In this document: positions 62,753 to 64,000 of the stretch, in pieces
Layout of the letters: each line of letters opens with the position of its first letter
Position numbering within the stretch: the first letter of the stretch is position 1
Assembly: GCA_016235545.1 (NCBI GenBank)
Contig: JACRKB010000128.1
Coordinates: 580 to 64,579 of the forward strand
Length of the DNA stretch: 64,000 nucleotides
Direction: 5' to 3'
Origin: Verrucomicrobiota bacterium
GTDB lineage: Bacteria > Verrucomicrobiota > Verrucomicrobiia > Limisphaerales > SXTU01
Position numbers and translations under genes: made by a program
Notes under the pieces: model-generated
The model's input: the letters and a program-made list of their open reading frames with translations, nothing else
What the model was told of the DNA's origin: nothing
Database searches by the model: none

Positions 62753-63283
62753 TTACTTGCCGAGGAAGCGGATCAACAGCGGCAGCAGGCCCGCTGCGCG
62801 GCTGTGCCATGTCTCCAGTTGTTTCACGCGCTGGACGACGTGAGCGCGTTCCGAGGCTGGGGCAGCAGCGGCGAGACGTTTGAGCCGCACCAGCCGGCCC
62901 TCGCCGCTCTTGATATGCGGCTCGATCTGCTCCTTCAAAAATCCCGTCGCCAGCGCGCGCAGGCCTGTCTCCGCCTCGTAGTGGTCGCAACGCGATTCGT
63001 GGTCGTCACACGACCGCACCGCGCCCGTGCTGCGGAGGAATTTCAAACCCTGGCTCGCCGAGCCTTTGCTGATGTCCAGCCGCCCGGCGATGTCATCCAA
63101 GCTCAAGGCCGCCGTGGAAATGTAGAGCAGCCCGTAAATCTGGCCGATGGACTTGGGCAGGCCCACCACCTGCGCCAGCCCCACGAAAAGGTCCACTGCC
63201 TCCGCCTCCAACGCATTCAGACCAGCCAGCGTGGGAACGCTGGCAGGGCGGCGGGTCGTGATTTCGGTGGTGTCGAGTGCCAT
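62753..63283 (-). CDS. GbsR/MarR family winged-helix transcriptional regulator
   Basis: ATG 63283 (MALDTTEI...) gives 176 aa. The sequence LPKSIGQIYGLLYISTAALSLDDIAGRLDISKGSASQGLKFLRSTGAV is the GbsR-type HTH. Confidence 0.75.
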   Translation of the reverse strand: MALDTTEITTRRPASVPTLAGLNALEAEAVDLFVGLAQVVGLPKSIGQIYGLLYISTAALSLDDIAGRLDISKGSASQGLKFLRSTGAVRSCDDHESRCDHYEAETGLRALATGFLKEQIEPHIKSGEGRLVRLKRLAAAAPASERAHVVQRVKQLETWHSRAAGLLPLLIRFLGK

Positions 63284-63517
63284 GGACGACGGATTGGCAG
63301 TGAAGCAGAAGAACACGATCAGTTCAATATTTTTTGAACAGAGAGTTCCCTGGCGACCCGGCTCTCAGGGCCGCAGCACGTTCAGTAGTGCGGACGGGCA
63401 GCAGCCGTTCCAACCCGCCCATGCATTTGCTGCCGCTGCGTGCGAGGACGCCCGCGCCCTGCGCTTCTGATTACCGAAGTGCTTTCCGCCTCTTCGCCGT
63501 CGTGCTAAGACGCGCCC

Positions 63518-64000
63518 GTGCGCAGCTACCAAAACTTCATCGGCGGCGAGTGGATCGCCGCTCAATCCGGCCAGACCTTCACCAACCTCAACCCCGCCGA
63601 CACGCGCGAGGCCGTCGCGCACTATCCGCTGGGAGGGCGCGCCGATGCGCTCGCCGCCGTCACAGCCGCTCAGGCCGCGTTCCCCGGCTGGGCCGCGCAG
63701 AGCTCGGTCGCGCGCGGGCGCGTGTTGAGCAAGGCCTCGCAGCTCATCGAGGCGCGCAAGCCCGAGCTGGCCGAGCTGCTCACGCGCGAGGAAGGCAAAA
63801 CTCTCGCCGAGGCCACCGGCGAGGTGCAGCGCACCGCCGACATCTTCCGCTTCTTCGGCGGCCTGAGCTACGTGCTCGGCGGCCAGACCATCCCGCACGA
63901 TTTGCCCAGCCAGTTGCTCTACACCCGACGCGAGCCGCTCGGCGTCGTCGCCCTCATCACACCGTGGAATTTCCCCATCGCCATCCCCGCTTGGAAAATG
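63518..64000 (+). CDS. NAD(P)-dependent aldehyde dehydrogenase, 5' partial (runs off window)
   Basis: GTG 63518 opens a frame that stays open to the window end: VRSYQNFIGGEWIAAQSGQTFTNLNPADTREAV...EPLGVVALITPWNFPIAIPAWKM. The PWNFP motif is diagnostic. It is not in the ORF track because no stop codon falls inside the window. Confidence 0.85.
   Translation, partial: MRSYQNFIGGEWIAAQSGQTFTNLNPADTREAVAHYPLGGRADALAAVTAAQAAFPGWAAQSSVARGRVLSKASQLIEARKPELAELLTREEGKTLAEATGEVQRTADIFRFFGGLSYVLGGQTIPHDLPSQLLYTRREPLGVVALITPWNFPIAIPAWKM

Noticed and set aside
63365-63898. 177-aa - strand ORF at the right edge
   Set aside because: It is antisense to a + strand open frame with diagnostic aldehyde dehydrogenase motifs (PWNFP) that the track missed because it has no stop codon in the window.

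Overview
High-GC bacterial chromosomal segment, probably from a PVC-superphylum organism (Verrucomicrobia-like). That inference rests on a PSCyt-type CxxCH protein, a Tat-signal DUF1501 protein and many nested palindromic intergenic repeats. No rRNA, tRNA or CRISPR array was seen.

Layout:
- 1-1460: unassigned non-coding DNA followed by an IS66-family relic.
- 1578-4345: housekeeping-type genes (HAD hydrolase, cupredoxin-like protein, small c-type cytochrome, CheY-like receiver).
- 4546-9726 (+ strand): start of a glycan locus with a UDP-HexNAc dehydrogenase, a WbpP/TviC-like epimerase and the Wzm/Wzt ABC exporter.
- 10187-11470: orphan DUF1501 gene.
- 11746-20087: a complete lasso-peptide (RiPP) cluster, the most interesting content of the window. 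It has an HPr-kinase-like kinase, a PqqD-like B1, a transglutaminase-like B2 and a 46-codon precursor ORF at 13740-13880 that is absent from the ORF track, followed by a terminator. Convergent to these are the ABC exporter, a PF14907-type nucleotidyltransferase, an SGNH hydrolase and an Asn-synthetase-like cyclase. A 135-bp MITE-like element with perfect 23-bp inverted ends and a 9-bp duplication sits exactly on the kinase start codon.
- 20224-62611 (- strand): an unbroken ~42-kb array of about 40 glycan genes. It contains a near-complete Pseudomonas O5-like wbp set (WbpA/B/D/E/I, WbpG+HisH+HisF, WbpK/L/M-like), Wzx, Wzy, many GT4/GT2/GT-C transferases, two carbamoyltransferases (one with SxtJ/DUF5989 partners), AsnB, acetyl- and methyltransferases, a 6-deoxyhexose module and a 1027-aa secreted beta-helix protein.
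- 62753-64000: GbsR/MarR-type regulator and the 5' part of an aldehyde dehydrogenase.

Most long ORFs in the track that lie opposite these genes are GC-driven shadow frames. Several track ORFs are over-extended at the N-terminus, and the starts were re-derived from the sequence.
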